From an uncultured Alphaproteobacteria bacterium (GTDB lineage Bacteria > Pseudomonadota > Alphaproteobacteria > Rhizobiales > Xanthobacteraceae), in NCBI GenBank assembly GCA_963761895.1, contig CAVXIL010000002.1, positions 112,082 through 176,081 of the forward strand: 64,000 nt of DNA, given 5' to 3'. Numbering within the stretch: the first letter of the stretch is position 1; the number at the start of each line of letters is the position of its first letter. The notes below the pieces were generated by a model. That model did not search any database. It saw nothing but the letters and a program-made list of their open reading frames with translations, and was not told the origin of the DNA. A program made the translations under genes and the position numbers. Shown piece by piece: positions 27,624 through 36,857 of this stretch.

Positions 27624-28103
27624 ATGAACCACGTCATGAAAATCTGTTGGGGTGTCGCGCTGTCGTTGGTGACGCTGGTTCCTATTGCACGTGCCGACGA
27701 ATTCGAGCTCAGCCACAACCAGAGGATTTCCTGCAGCCGGGGCTTAAGCCCGGGGAAACTCAATACCGCGACCTGCAAATCCTACGCCTATGTCTTCAAC
27801 GTCAAGACTTCGGAATATTTCAGGTGCCAGGTCAGCCTGGCGCTGACACGGGACAACAAGGAAGTGATCAACGTCCAGACCGATGGCGGCTGCACCAAGC
27901 GGCCCCGCATCTTCGAGAACGATTCCCATTATACGTTCGACGCCACCGAGACCGAACCGCCGAACACCAATTCATTTTTCGGTCCCGGCGGCTACGCGAT
28001 ATGGGCCAGCGACACCACCGCGCAGAAAGTCCGGGGCTGCATCACCATCAGTTCCGGGCTCGGCTCCGACATTTCGAAATGCCTCGACATGACGTTTCAG
28101 TGA
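27624..28103 (+). CDS. secreted cysteine-containing hypothetical protein
   Basis: Signal peptide (ICWGVALSLVTLVPIARA) and 6 Cys in the mature part. The region looks more AT-rich than its neighbours by eye. Start could be 27615 or 27624. Confidence 0.55.
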   Translation: MNHVMKICWGVALSLVTLVPIARADEFELSHNQRISCSRGLSPGKLNTATCKSYAYVFNVKTSEYFRCQVSLALTRDNKEVINVQTDGGCTKRPRIFENDSHYTFDATETEPPNTNSFFGPGGYAIWASDTTAQKVRGCITISSGLGSDISKCLDMTFQ

Positions 28104-28130
28104 CACGTCCGGCTCCGCGCCATCCAGTCG

Positions 28131-29396
28131 TCAGGATGCAATGCTCGGCGCCGGGACTGTAGTGGACGCTCGACGGCTGGCGTTGTCCCGCAACGTCTCC
28201 GGCATCATCGCGCAGAAGCCGATCAGTCCCGCCGCCGCGATTCCGGCCAAAAACAGAAACGCGGCGCCGTAGCCGGCCCCGACCACGATAAAGCCGGCGA
28301 CGGCGGAGCTCAGTGCGCCGCCGAGACCCGCCGCGGTGGCGATCGCGCCCTGGCTGACATTGAAATGGCCGGTGCCCCGGGTCAGATCGGCGACCACAAG
28401 CGGAAACAGCGCGCCGAAAATCCCGGCGCCGACGCCGTCGAGCAGTTGCACCGACACCAGCCAGTACGGATTGTCGGACAGCGGATATAGGGCGCCGCGA
28501 AGCGCCAGCACGGCCAGCGCCGCGGCGAAAATCGGTTTGCGCCCCCAGACATCGGCCTTGCGCCCCACCACCATGGCGACCGGCACCATCACGACCTGCG
28601 CCGCGATGATGCAGACCGACATCAGCGTGGTGCCGAGGTCGCGATTGACCAGCGCCAGTTTCTGGCCGACCAGCGGCAGCATCGCCGCGTTCGAAAAGTG
28701 AAACAGGACCGTCGCGGCCGCGAAGATCAGCAGCGGTCTGCAGGACAGCAGCACCTGGAATCCGGACGGCTGGCCGCGATGGCCGGCGCGGCCCGCGCTC
28801 GCCGCGTCAAGGCCGCGCGCGAGGTGATGGTCGATCGCATCGGCCGGGATCGACAGCGTCGCGAACACGCTGGCGACGGCCATCGCGGCCAGCAGCCAGA
28901 ACACCACGATGGGTCCGTAGAAATAGGCCGTCACCGCCGCGATCGCCGCCGCCGTGGCATTGCCGGCGTGATTGAAGGCCTCATTGCGGCCGATACGTCC
29001 TGTGAATGCCCTAGGTCCGACGGTGCCCAGCGTCACTGCGGCGATGGCGGGCGGAAAGATCGCCGCCGCGCAGGCCGCAAGCGCCTGCGTCGCCGCCACC
29101 AGCTCGAACCGGTGGATCAGCGGCAGGGCGAGGCACGCCGCGGTCACCACGATCGCGGCTGCGACCATCAGGGCGCGCTTTGCGGTGCTGCGGTCGATCA
29201 GCGCGCCGGCCGGCGTCTGGGCGATGATGCCGGCAAGGGCCGCCACCGACATCATCACGCCGATGCTGGCCTGATCCCATTTTTGTTCCGTCAAAAGATA
29301 GATCGACAGATAGGGGCCGAGGCCGTCCCGCACATCGGCGAGAAAGAAATTCAGCGCATCCAGCGCGTGCTCGATCGACTTTCCGGCCTCTCGCAA
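28131..29396 (-). CDS. MFS transporter
   Basis: About 12 TM helices with the GALIDR loop motif. There is no ATG near the expected N-terminus, so the start (TTG ~29396) is a guess. Confidence 0.75.
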   Translation of the reverse strand: MREAGKSIEHALDALNFFLADVRDGLGPYLSIYLLTEQKWDQASIGVMMSVAALAGIIAQTPAGALIDRSTAKRALMVAAAIVVTAACLALPLIHRFELVAATQALAACAAAIFPPAIAAVTLGTVGPRAFTGRIGRNEAFNHAGNATAAAIAAVTAYFYGPIVVFWLLAAMAVASVFATLSIPADAIDHHLARGLDAASAGRAGHRGQPSGFQVLLSCRPLLIFAAATVLFHFSNAAMLPLVGQKLALVNRDLGTTLMSVCIIAAQVVMVPVAMVVGRKADVWGRKPIFAAALAVLALRGALYPLSDNPYWLVSVQLLDGVGAGIFGALFPLVVADLTRGTGHFNVSQGAIATAAGLGGALSSAVAGFIVVGAGYGAAFLFLAGIAAAGLIGFCAMMPETLRDNASRRASTTVPAPSIAS

Positions 29397-29587
29397 GTGA
29401 AACCTCGCGCTGGAGTGGGGAAGTCTTCCAACGGCGGGATCGATAGCCGGTTCCCGCGACCCGCGCGGCGCCGGCCGCCGCCGGCCCCAAGGCTTATTGT
29501 CGCAATCCCGTTTTGGGCGATCGGATAGGTTGACCCCGAGCCTTCCTCCGTCCAATTTCCTGGCCAGTTTCTGGGGGAATAATAATC

Positions 29588-30535
29588 ATGATTTCGAAAT
29601 TGGTTGCCGCCGCCGTTGCGGTGGTGGCGGTTCTGTCCGCGCCGGTCGCGCGGGCGCAAGCATTCATCAACATCCTGACCGGCGGAACCTCCGGCGTCTA
29701 TTATCCGCTCGGCGTCGCCATCGGAAAAATCTACAGCGACAAGATTCCAGGTGTGAAGACCCAGGTGCAGGCCACCAAGGCGTCGGTCGAGAATCTGATT
29801 TTGCTGCAGCAGGGCCGCGGCGAGATCGCGTTTGCGCTCGGCGACTCCTTGAAGGCCGCCTGGGAGGGCGACGAGGAGGCAGGCTTCAAGTCCAAACTCG
29901 ACAAGCTGCGCACCATCGGCGCGATTTATCCGAACTATATCCAGATCGTCGCCACCGCGGACAGCGGCATCAAGACGCTGGCCGATCTCCGGGGCAAGAG
30001 CCTCTCGGTCGGGGCGCCCAAGTCGGGAACCGAACTCAACTCGCGCGCCATCCTGGCCGCGGCCGGACTGAGCTACAAGGATATCGGCAAGGTCGAATAT
30101 CTGCCGTTCGCCGAATCCGTCGACCTGATGAAAAATCGCCAGCTGAACGCGACGCTGCAATCGGCCGGTCTCGGGGTGGCTTCGCTGAAGGATTTGAGCA
30201 CGTCGACCGAGATCACCGTGGTGTCGGTTCCAAAGGAGATCGTCGACAAGATCGGCCCGCCCTTCGTGTCGGTCATGATCCCGGCCAATACCTATACCGG
30301 CCAGGACAAGGACGTTCCGACCGCGGCGGTGGTCAACTATCTCGTCACCAGTTCGGCGGTATCCGATGATCTCGCCTACCACATGACAAAACTGATCTTC
30401 GAATCGCTGCCGGAACTGGCGAACTCGCACGTTGCCGGCAAGGAGATCAAACTCGAAAACGCCGCGATGGGCAGCCCGGTGCCGCTGCACCCCGGCGCGA
30501 TCCGCTATTACAAGGAAAAGGGCCTTATTGAATAG
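29588..30535 (+). CDS. TAXI-family TRAP transporter solute-binding protein
   Basis: Signal peptide then ILTGGTSGVYYPLGVAIG and PLHPGAIRYYKEKG, the TAXI signature. Confidence 0.9.
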   Translation: MISKLVAAAVAVVAVLSAPVARAQAFINILTGGTSGVYYPLGVAIGKIYSDKIPGVKTQVQATKASVENLILLQQGRGEIAFALGDSLKAAWEGDEEAGFKSKLDKLRTIGAIYPNYIQIVATADSGIKTLADLRGKSLSVGAPKSGTELNSRAILAAAGLSYKDIGKVEYLPFAESVDLMKNRQLNATLQSAGLGVASLKDLSTSTEITVVSVPKEIVDKIGPPFVSVMIPANTYTGQDKDVPTAAVVNYLVTSSAVSDDLAYHMTKLIFESLPELANSHVAGKEIKLENAAMGSPVPLHPGAIRYYKEKGLIE

Positions 30536-30555
30536 AACAGGAATGTTCTACCGGT

Positions 30556-30679
30556 CGTCATGGTCGGGCGCCTGTCCCGACTCGATCGGGGATGACCCGG
30601 CCATCCATCTTTCTTCGAGTGAGTTTTCTTCGAGTGAATTTCATTTCTGATGGATGGCCGGGTCAAGCCCGGCCATGAC
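30556..30679. repeat. REP/MITE-like element, family C (GTCATGGYCGGG...CCCGGCCATGAC)
   Basis: Inverted ends plus an internal duplicated TTCTTCGAGTGA. Related copies lie at 36736 and 44886. Confidence 0.75.
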
Positions 30680-30701
30680 GTGTTAGGCGGTTGCGCCAGC
30701 G

Positions 30702-32846
30702 ATGGCGCATGACGATTTGGGCGCGGGGACCACAAAAATGTTGCAGGCTGAGGGCGCCGAGGGGCCCGTCAAGGTCGAATTCGACAATTTCGAGCACGGC
30801 TTTCCGGAAGGCTTCGGCCCCGCCGGCTGGAGCCATCTGGCCTATGCCGTCGGCATCGCCTTCGCGGCCTTTCAGCTCGTGATCGCGGCCTGGAACGTGC
30901 TGCCGAGCCAGGTGGTGCGCGGCGTTCACGTCGGCTTCCTGATCCTGATGACCTTCGGCCTGATCGGCAACTTCACCGCCAAAGGCAATGCCGGCCGCGC
31001 CACCGGCTGGCTGATCGGCAGCGTCGGATTTTTGTGCGGGCTGTATCAGTGGATATTCTACGCCGACCTGATCGCGCGCGACGGCGATCCGACGCAGCTC
31101 GATCTGGCGGTCGGCACCTTGCTCGGGGTGCTGATCTTCGAAGGAACGCGGCGGCTGATGGGCCTGGCGTTGCCGCTGATGTGCGGCGCCTGCCTGCTCT
31201 ATTGGTCCTTCGGCCAGTATCTGCCGGCGCCGCTCAACCATCGCGGCTACGGCTTCGACCAGATCATCACGCACCTTTCCTACGGCACCGAAGGGTTTTA
31301 CGGCGTGCCGATCTATGTCTCGGCGACCTACATCTTCCTGTTCATTCTGTTCGGCTCGTTCCTCGAGCGCGCCGGCATGATCCGGTTGTTCACCGATGTC
31401 TCGCTCGGCCTGTTCGGCGGCACCCGCGGCGGCCCGGCCAAGGTCGCGGTGTTCGCCTCGGGCATGATGGGAACGATATCGGGCTCCGGCGTCGCCAATG
31501 TCGTCACCGTCGGCCAGTTCACGATTCCGCTGATGATCAAGTTCGGCTATCGCCGCGCCTTCGCCGCCGGCGTCGAGGCCACCGCGTCGATGGGCGGACA
31601 GATCATGCCGCCCGTCATGGGCGCGGTGGCCTTCATCATGGCGGAAACGCTCGGCGTCGAATATTCCGTCATCGTCAAGGCCGCGGTGATCCCCGCGATC
31701 CTGTACTTCGCCTCGGCGTTCTGGATGGTGCATCTGGAAGCCGGCAAATACGGCCTGGTCGGCATGAAGCGCTCGGAAATCCCGAGCGCCTGGAAGGCGC
31801 TGGTGGCGCGCTGGTACCTGGTGTTGCCGCTGGCGGCGCTGGTTTACATGCTGTTCGAAGGCTTTACGCCCTTGTACGCCGGCAGCGTCGGCCTCGCGCT
31901 GACGGTGGCGCTGATCCTCGGCGCCAGCATCACGCTCGGCTTTTCCTCCAACGTGCTGCGCTATGTTTTCTGGATCGGCCTTGCGCTCGTCGCCGCGGCG
32001 GTATCGCACAACGGGCTGGAGATCGTTCCGGTGGCCTGCGTGGTCGGCGTGCTGATGCTGATGTCGGCGATCACCCGCGGGGGTCGCGCCACATTGCGGG
32101 CCTGCCGCGATTCGCTCGCTGACAGCGCCAAGTCGGCGCTGACCGTCGGCATGGCCTGCGCCATCGTCGGCGCCATCATCGGCATGATGTCGCAGACCGG
32201 CGTCGGCACCATCTTCGGCAGCTGGATCATCGGGCTGGGCGACAAGAGCCTGTTCCTCGCGCTGGTCATGACCATGCTGCTGTCGATCCTGCTCGGCACC
32301 GGCATCCCGACCATCCCGACCTATATCATCACTGCCGCACTGGCGGCACCGGCGCTCGCCAAACTCGGCGTGCCCCTGATCGTCAGCCATATGTTTGCGT
32401 TCTACTACGGCATCATGGCCGACCTTTCGCCGCCGGTGGCGCTGGCGGCGCTGGCGGCAGCCCCGATCGCCAGGGAAAACCCCGACAAGATCGGCTGGGA
32501 GGCGATGCGCATCGCGCTCGCCGGCTACGTGATCCCGTTCATATTCGTCTATTCGCCGGCGCTGATGCTGCAGGCCGGCGACCCGATGGCCGCCCAACTC
32601 GGATTCTACGGCGCGGTGGCGTTTGCCACGTTCAAGGCGCTGGTCGCCATCGCCCTGTTCGGCATGGTCGCGATCGGATTTTTGTTTACGCGGCTGACGC
32701 TGGCTGAGCGGGCCCTCACCTTCGCCGCGGCGCTGTGCCTGCTCGGCGATTTCCGCTTCAGCGACACCGCCGGTTTCGTGCTGACGATCGCGATCGTGCT
32801 GCGGCAATGGCGCTTGAGGCCGCGTACCGTGGTGGCGGCGGCTTGA
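30702..32846 (+). CDS. TRAP transporter fused permease (DctQ-DctM type, TAXI system)
   Basis: 714 aa, polytopic, immediately after the TAXI binding protein. Confidence 0.9.
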   Translation: MAHDDLGAGTTKMLQAEGAEGPVKVEFDNFEHGFPEGFGPAGWSHLAYAVGIAFAAFQLVIAAWNVLPSQVVRGVHVGFLILMTFGLIGNFTAKGNAGRATGWLIGSVGFLCGLYQWIFYADLIARDGDPTQLDLAVGTLLGVLIFEGTRRLMGLALPLMCGACLLYWSFGQYLPAPLNHRGYGFDQIITHLSYGTEGFYGVPIYVSATYIFLFILFGSFLERAGMIRLFTDVSLGLFGGTRGGPAKVAVFASGMMGTISGSGVANVVTVGQFTIPLMIKFGYRRAFAAGVEATASMGGQIMPPVMGAVAFIMAETLGVEYSVIVKAAVIPAILYFASAFWMVHLEAGKYGLVGMKRSEIPSAWKALVARWYLVLPLAALVYMLFEGFTPLYAGSVGLALTVALILGASITLGFSSNVLRYVFWIGLALVAAAVSHNGLEIVPVACVVGVLMLMSAITRGGRATLRACRDSLADSAKSALTVGMACAIVGAIIGMMSQTGVGTIFGSWIIGLGDKSLFLALVMTMLLSILLGTGIPTIPTYIITAALAAPALAKLGVPLIVSHMFAFYYGIMADLSPPVALAALAAAPIARENPDKIGWEAMRIALAGYVIPFIFVYSPALMLQAGDPMAAQLGFYGAVAFATFKALVAIALFGMVAIGFLFTRLTLAERALTFAAALCLLGDFRFSDTAGFVLTIAIVLRQWRLRPRTVVAAA

Positions 32847-33220
32847 GCCTGTGCCTCGCCTCGGCTGGTGTGGTGAAGACGCTGTCGATTGCGGCATTCA
32901 CGCTGGTCTGGACCCATTCGGTCGAAAAGACCGACTGGCAGGAAGACTGGCGCATCATGCCTGATGGCCTCGAACTGGTGCAGGCGCGGGTGAAGGGCTC
33001 CGGCGCCGGCATGGAGCCGCCGCCGGAAGCGCGGCTCGTCGACGGCTGGTTTCAGTGGCATCCGAAGCGGGCGTCGATGCCGGAGCTGCTGCTCGGCAAT
33101 TCCGGCGCCGCCGGCGAATGGCGATTGTGCAGCGACGGAAATTGCCGGACGCTGTCGGAAATTTTCGGACATCCGATCGGCGTTAACGTCATAAAGATGA
33201 GCGCGTGTGAGATACGATGA
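32807..33220 (+). CDS. DUF1850 domain protein
   Basis: FTLVWTHSVEKTDWQEDW...VKGSGAGMEPP is DUF1850-like, and the usual partner is a TAXI TRAP permease. The start overlaps the permease end and is uncertain. Confidence 0.75.
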   Translation: MALEAAYRGGGGLSLCLASAGVVKTLSIAAFTLVWTHSVEKTDWQEDWRIMPDGLELVQARVKGSGAGMEPPPEARLVDGWFQWHPKRASMPELLLGNSGAAGEWRLCSDGNCRTLSEIFGHPIGVNVIKMSACEIR

Positions 33221-33249
33221 TTGAATCATAAAAAGGGGGGAGAGCGCTG

Positions 33250-34053
33250 ATGCAACGGCTCAGGGGCAAGACAGCGATCGTGGTCGGCGCCGGTTCGATT
33301 GGGCCGGGCTGGGGCAATGGCAAGGCGACCGCCGTGACCTTTGCCCGCGAAGGCGCGCAGGTGTTCTGCGTCGACCGCAACGGCGAGGCCGCCGAAGAGA
33401 CCGTAGGGATCATCGCCTCCGAAGGCGGCAACGCCACCGCGTTTACATCAGATGCCTCGCGCGCCGGCGATGTCGAAGCGATGGTGGCGGCCTGCCTCAA
33501 GGCCTATGGCCGCATCGACGTGCTCGACAACAATGTCGGTATCGCCGAGATGGGGAGCGTGGTCGAAGTGTCGGAAGCCGATTGGGACCGCGTCTTCGCC
33601 GTCAATCTCAAAAGCGCCTTCCTGGCCATGAAGCACGTCATCCCTGTGATGGCGCAGCAGGGCGGCGGCTCGATCATCAATATTTCCTCGATCGCCTCGA
33701 TCCGCCATACCGGCGTGTCCTACGTCACCTACGCCACCACCAAGGCCGCGATGAACCAGATGACGCGCACTACGGCGGTCGAATTCGCGCCGAAACATAT
33801 TCGGGTCAACGCCATCCTGCCGGGCCTGATGAAAACCCCGATGGTCGAGCATTCCGCGGGCCTGGCGGCGAGTTATGCCGCGGGTAACGTCGAGGCGATG
33901 TGGCGGGCGCGCGATGCGCAGGTGCCGATGGGACACATGGGCGACGCCTGGGACGTCGCCAACGCGGCGCTGTTTCTCGCCTCCGACGAATCCAGATACG
34001 TCACCGGGATCGAACTGGTGGTCGATGGCGGGATCACGCTGAAGGTGAGTTAG
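33250..34053 (+). CDS. SDR family oxidoreductase
   Basis: TAIVVGAGSIGPGWG, NNVG, and YATTKAA (Y-x3-K); 267 aa. Confidence 0.9.
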   Translation: MQRLRGKTAIVVGAGSIGPGWGNGKATAVTFAREGAQVFCVDRNGEAAEETVGIIASEGGNATAFTSDASRAGDVEAMVAACLKAYGRIDVLDNNVGIAEMGSVVEVSEADWDRVFAVNLKSAFLAMKHVIPVMAQQGGGSIINISSIASIRHTGVSYVTYATTKAAMNQMTRTTAVEFAPKHIRVNAILPGLMKTPMVEHSAGLAASYAAGNVEAMWRARDAQVPMGHMGDAWDVANAALFLASDESRYVTGIELVVDGGITLKVS

Positions 34054-34082
34054 AGCGTGAGCTGGGACGCGACGGAAACTTT

Positions 34083-34205
34083 ACCTCTCCCATAGGGAGA
34101 GGTCGGCGCGTAGCGCCGGGTGAGGGGTTACGGTCTATCGTTGGTGCAACACCCCCTCACCCGATTTGCTACGCAAATCGACCTCTCCCCGTTGGGGAGA
34201 GGTGA
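34083..34205. repeat. modular REP cluster, family B
   Basis: Module order is P1 - CGGCGCGTAGCGCCG - GGTGAGGGG hairpin - CGATTTGCTACGCAAATCG - P2. The copy at 35908 has the reverse module order. Confidence 0.85.
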
Positions 34206-34288
34206 AGGGCACACCGATTCAAATTAAAACCATGCTTGAGCTAACCCTCCATCGTCGTCCCGGCGGTTCGCCGGGACGACGGAAGAAG

Positions 34289-35830
34289 CTACCCCTGCGC
34301 GCTCAGCTCCCGCCAGTCGAATTCTTCCTCGAGCTGGTGAAAGGCGTCGTCGCCGATCGCTTCCGACTGACGCAGCGCGATGATCGATCGCCGCGCGGCA
34401 CCGATCGCGCGCCGCCGCAGCGGGTCTGCCGGTAACTCCCCGCTGGCAATGGCGCCAACGGGATCCGCTTCCGCGTGAAGCAGCAGCGCGCGGTATTCGA
34501 GCCGGAGAAGCTCGGCTGCTTCGGACGGGTCGCCGTCGATTTCATCGAGCGCCGCCTGGTAGGCGATGACGCGGGCGCGGGCGACTTCGGCGATCACCGG
34601 ATTGTCTTGCTTCAAGCGCAAGGCCGCGATCAGCGGCCGCAACGTCAGGCCCTGGATCACCAGCGATCCCAGCACCACGGAAAAGGCGGTCAGCAAAATA
34701 AGATCGCGATACGGAAAGCCTGTCGGCAGCGCATACGCCGCCGCCAGCGTGACGATGCCGCGCATGCCGCACCACGATATGACGATGCCGCCCTTGAGGG
34801 TGGGCACGGGCGTCGAGCGCTTTGGGACCAACAGGCCGGCGGCGATCAGAAGCCGGAACGTCGTGCCGTAGAGGGTCACCCAGGCGATGCGTGTCAGCAA
34901 GGTAATGCCGAGCACGGCGGCCGCGACCAGGCAATATCTCAATCGCACGGGATCATCGAGCCCTTGCCAGATCGGCCGTAACTGCAGACCGATCAGCATG
35001 AACGCCAGCACGTTGAGGACGAAGATCGCGGTATCCCACACGGCGTAGGACGGCACGCGCAGCCGCGCCGGGGTTCGCGGCTCGGTGCGCGCGATCGTGA
35101 TTGCATAGGCGACGATGGTCAGGATGCCGGAAAGCCCGAGACGCTGGGCAACGATCCATACCGTGAACGTGCCTGCGAACTGCACCACGATCGAACTCGG
35201 CGCATCCGTGATCCGCCGGGTCAACAGCAACGAAATCCGCGCGAACAGATAGCCGGCCGCCAGGCTTCCCGCCGACGCCAACACGATCGGTGGCGCGAAC
35301 TCGCGCCACCCGAGGTGCTGGACCGCGGGGGCGCCGACGGCAAAGCGATAGATCAGGAGCGCGCCGGCGTCGTTGAGCAGGCTTTCGCCTTCGAGGATTT
35401 TGACAATTCGGTAGGGCAGCTTGACCTGACGAAGGATGGCGGTCGCCGCGGCCGCGTCGGGCGGCGCCACGATGGCGCCGAGCGCGATCGCCGCCGCCCA
35501 CGGCATGTCCGGCTGCAGCCAGTGCGCGGCCACCGCCACCGCCGCGGTGGTAGAGCCGACGGCGGCGAACACCAGCGCGGAGATCGGCAACCAGTTGTTC
35601 CTGAGGTCGCGCAGCGAGGTATCGAAGGCGGCGTCGAGCAGCACGGGCGCCACGAACACGGCCAGCGCCAGGTCGGGCTCCATTGTCCAGGAGGGCGCTG
35701 ACGGCACGTATGCGAGCAGCGTGCCGCCGAGGCAGAGGAAAGTCGGGTACGGCACTTTGAGCCGCCGGGCCAGTGCCGACAGCAGCACGGCGCCAAGCAG
35801 CAAGGCGATGAGCCATTCGAACGTTGTCAA
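34289..35830 (-). CDS. Na+/H+ antiporter (CPA1, NhaP-type)
   Basis: 513 aa with 11-12 TM helices and EGESLLNDAGALLIYRF; cytoplasmic C-terminal tail. Confidence 0.9.
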   Translation of the reverse strand: MTTFEWLIALLLGAVLLSALARRLKVPYPTFLCLGGTLLAYVPSAPSWTMEPDLALAVFVAPVLLDAAFDTSLRDLRNNWLPISALVFAAVGSTTAAVAVAAHWLQPDMPWAAAIALGAIVAPPDAAAATAILRQVKLPYRIVKILEGESLLNDAGALLIYRFAVGAPAVQHLGWREFAPPIVLASAGSLAAGYLFARISLLLTRRITDAPSSIVVQFAGTFTVWIVAQRLGLSGILTIVAYAITIARTEPRTPARLRVPSYAVWDTAIFVLNVLAFMLIGLQLRPIWQGLDDPVRLRYCLVAAAVLGITLLTRIAWVTLYGTTFRLLIAAGLLVPKRSTPVPTLKGGIVISWCGMRGIVTLAAAYALPTGFPYRDLILLTAFSVVLGSLVIQGLTLRPLIAALRLKQDNPVIAEVARARVIAYQAALDEIDGDPSEAAELLRLEYRALLLHAEADPVGAIASGELPADPLRRRAIGAARRSIIALRQSEAIGDDAFHQLEEEFDWRELSAQG

Positions 35831-35907
35831 AACACGGTTCCTGTCGGCTGCCCGATGTTCCCGTCATCAATTCTAGAGCAAGATGGTTTTGGATTGAATC
35901 AGTCTGT

Positions 35908-36035
35908 CCTTCACCTCTCCCCAGCGGGGAGAAGTCGATTTGCACAGCAAATCGGGTGAGGGGCGCTGCATCCACGATAGAACGTAACCCCTCACCCGGC
36001 GCTACGCGCCGACCTCTCCCTATGGGAGAGGTAAA
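35908..36035. repeat. modular REP cluster, family B (inverted relative to 34083)
   Basis: Same modules as 34083-34205 in the opposite order. Confidence 0.85.
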
Positions 36036-36148
36036 GTTCCGTTGCGTCACACGCTTCGCACCGCCCTAGTTTCCCGGCGGCGCCGATCCGCGCTACCATG
36101 CCGCGCCATGACCGCTGCGATATCGGGGCGGTCTGCAGGACCTGATCG

Positions 36149-36685
36149 ATGCGACGAATTTTCTTAAAGCCGATCCGGAACGCCGCCGCGGCCGCCCTGC
36201 TATGGGCGGCATCGTCACCGGGCGCGTTCGCGACCGGCACCGAGCCCGCCACCGATCCGCAGGTCGACCCAGCGCCCTGCGTCGCGGCAGCGGCCGCCGA
36301 TGACGCCGACAGGATCATCGCGATTTGCGGCGAAATGGTGGACAACGAAAAGACGGTCAAGGCCGACCGCGTCAAGGCGCTGATCGCACGCGCCGGTGCT
36401 TACGACCGCAAGGACATGATCGACCGCGCCATCGGCGACTACGACACCGCGCTGCGGCTCGACCCGAGCCTTGCCGATATCTTCAATGCTCGCGGCGAAC
36501 TGTGGCGCCGGAAGGGCGACCGGCTCCACGCGCTGCAGGACTTCGGCGCGGCCATCAAGCTCAATCCGCAGCACGAGGCGGCCCGCGCCAACTATAAATC
36601 GCTGGCCCTGGAGCTGGAGTGGCTGGGGGCGCAGATGGCGATCAAGAACAGGCCGATTGCTCCGGCTAAATCGCCCTTGAAATGA
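36149..36685 (+). CDS. secreted tetratricopeptide-repeat protein
   Basis: Signal peptide, then TPR-like units (AIGDYDTALRLDPSLADIFNARG..., ALQDFGAAIKLNPQHEAA). Confidence 0.75.
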   Translation: MRRIFLKPIRNAAAAALLWAASSPGAFATGTEPATDPQVDPAPCVAAAAADDADRIIAICGEMVDNEKTVKADRVKALIARAGAYDRKDMIDRAIGDYDTALRLDPSLADIFNARGELWRRKGDRLHALQDFGAAIKLNPQHEAARANYKSLALELEWLGAQMAIKNRPIAPAKSPLK

Positions 36686-36735
36686 TGACGCTTCCGGTGA
36701 CAATGACCCAAGAAAATTGGTTGAATTTGAACTCT

Positions 36736-36823
36736 GTCATGGCCGGGCTCGTCCCGGCCATCCACGTCTTGTTTGGTCGACGCACACAAGGGCGTGGATG
36801 CCCGGGACAAGCCCCGGCATGAC
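36736..36823. repeat. REP/MITE-like element, family C
   Basis: GTCATGGCCGGGCTCGTCCCGGCCATCCACGTCTTG...CAAGGGCGTGGATGCCCGGGACAAGCCCCGGCATGAC. Confidence 0.85.
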
Positions 36824-36857
36824 GAGGAGCGGATCGATTGCCGCCGGGAGCGACGCC

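Noticed and set aside
30663-32897. 744-aa minus-strand ORF
   Set aside because: Antisense to the TRAP fused permease. The peptide is Arg/His/Asp/Gly-rich and non-membrane, while the plus frame is a clean polytopic membrane protein next to its binding protein.
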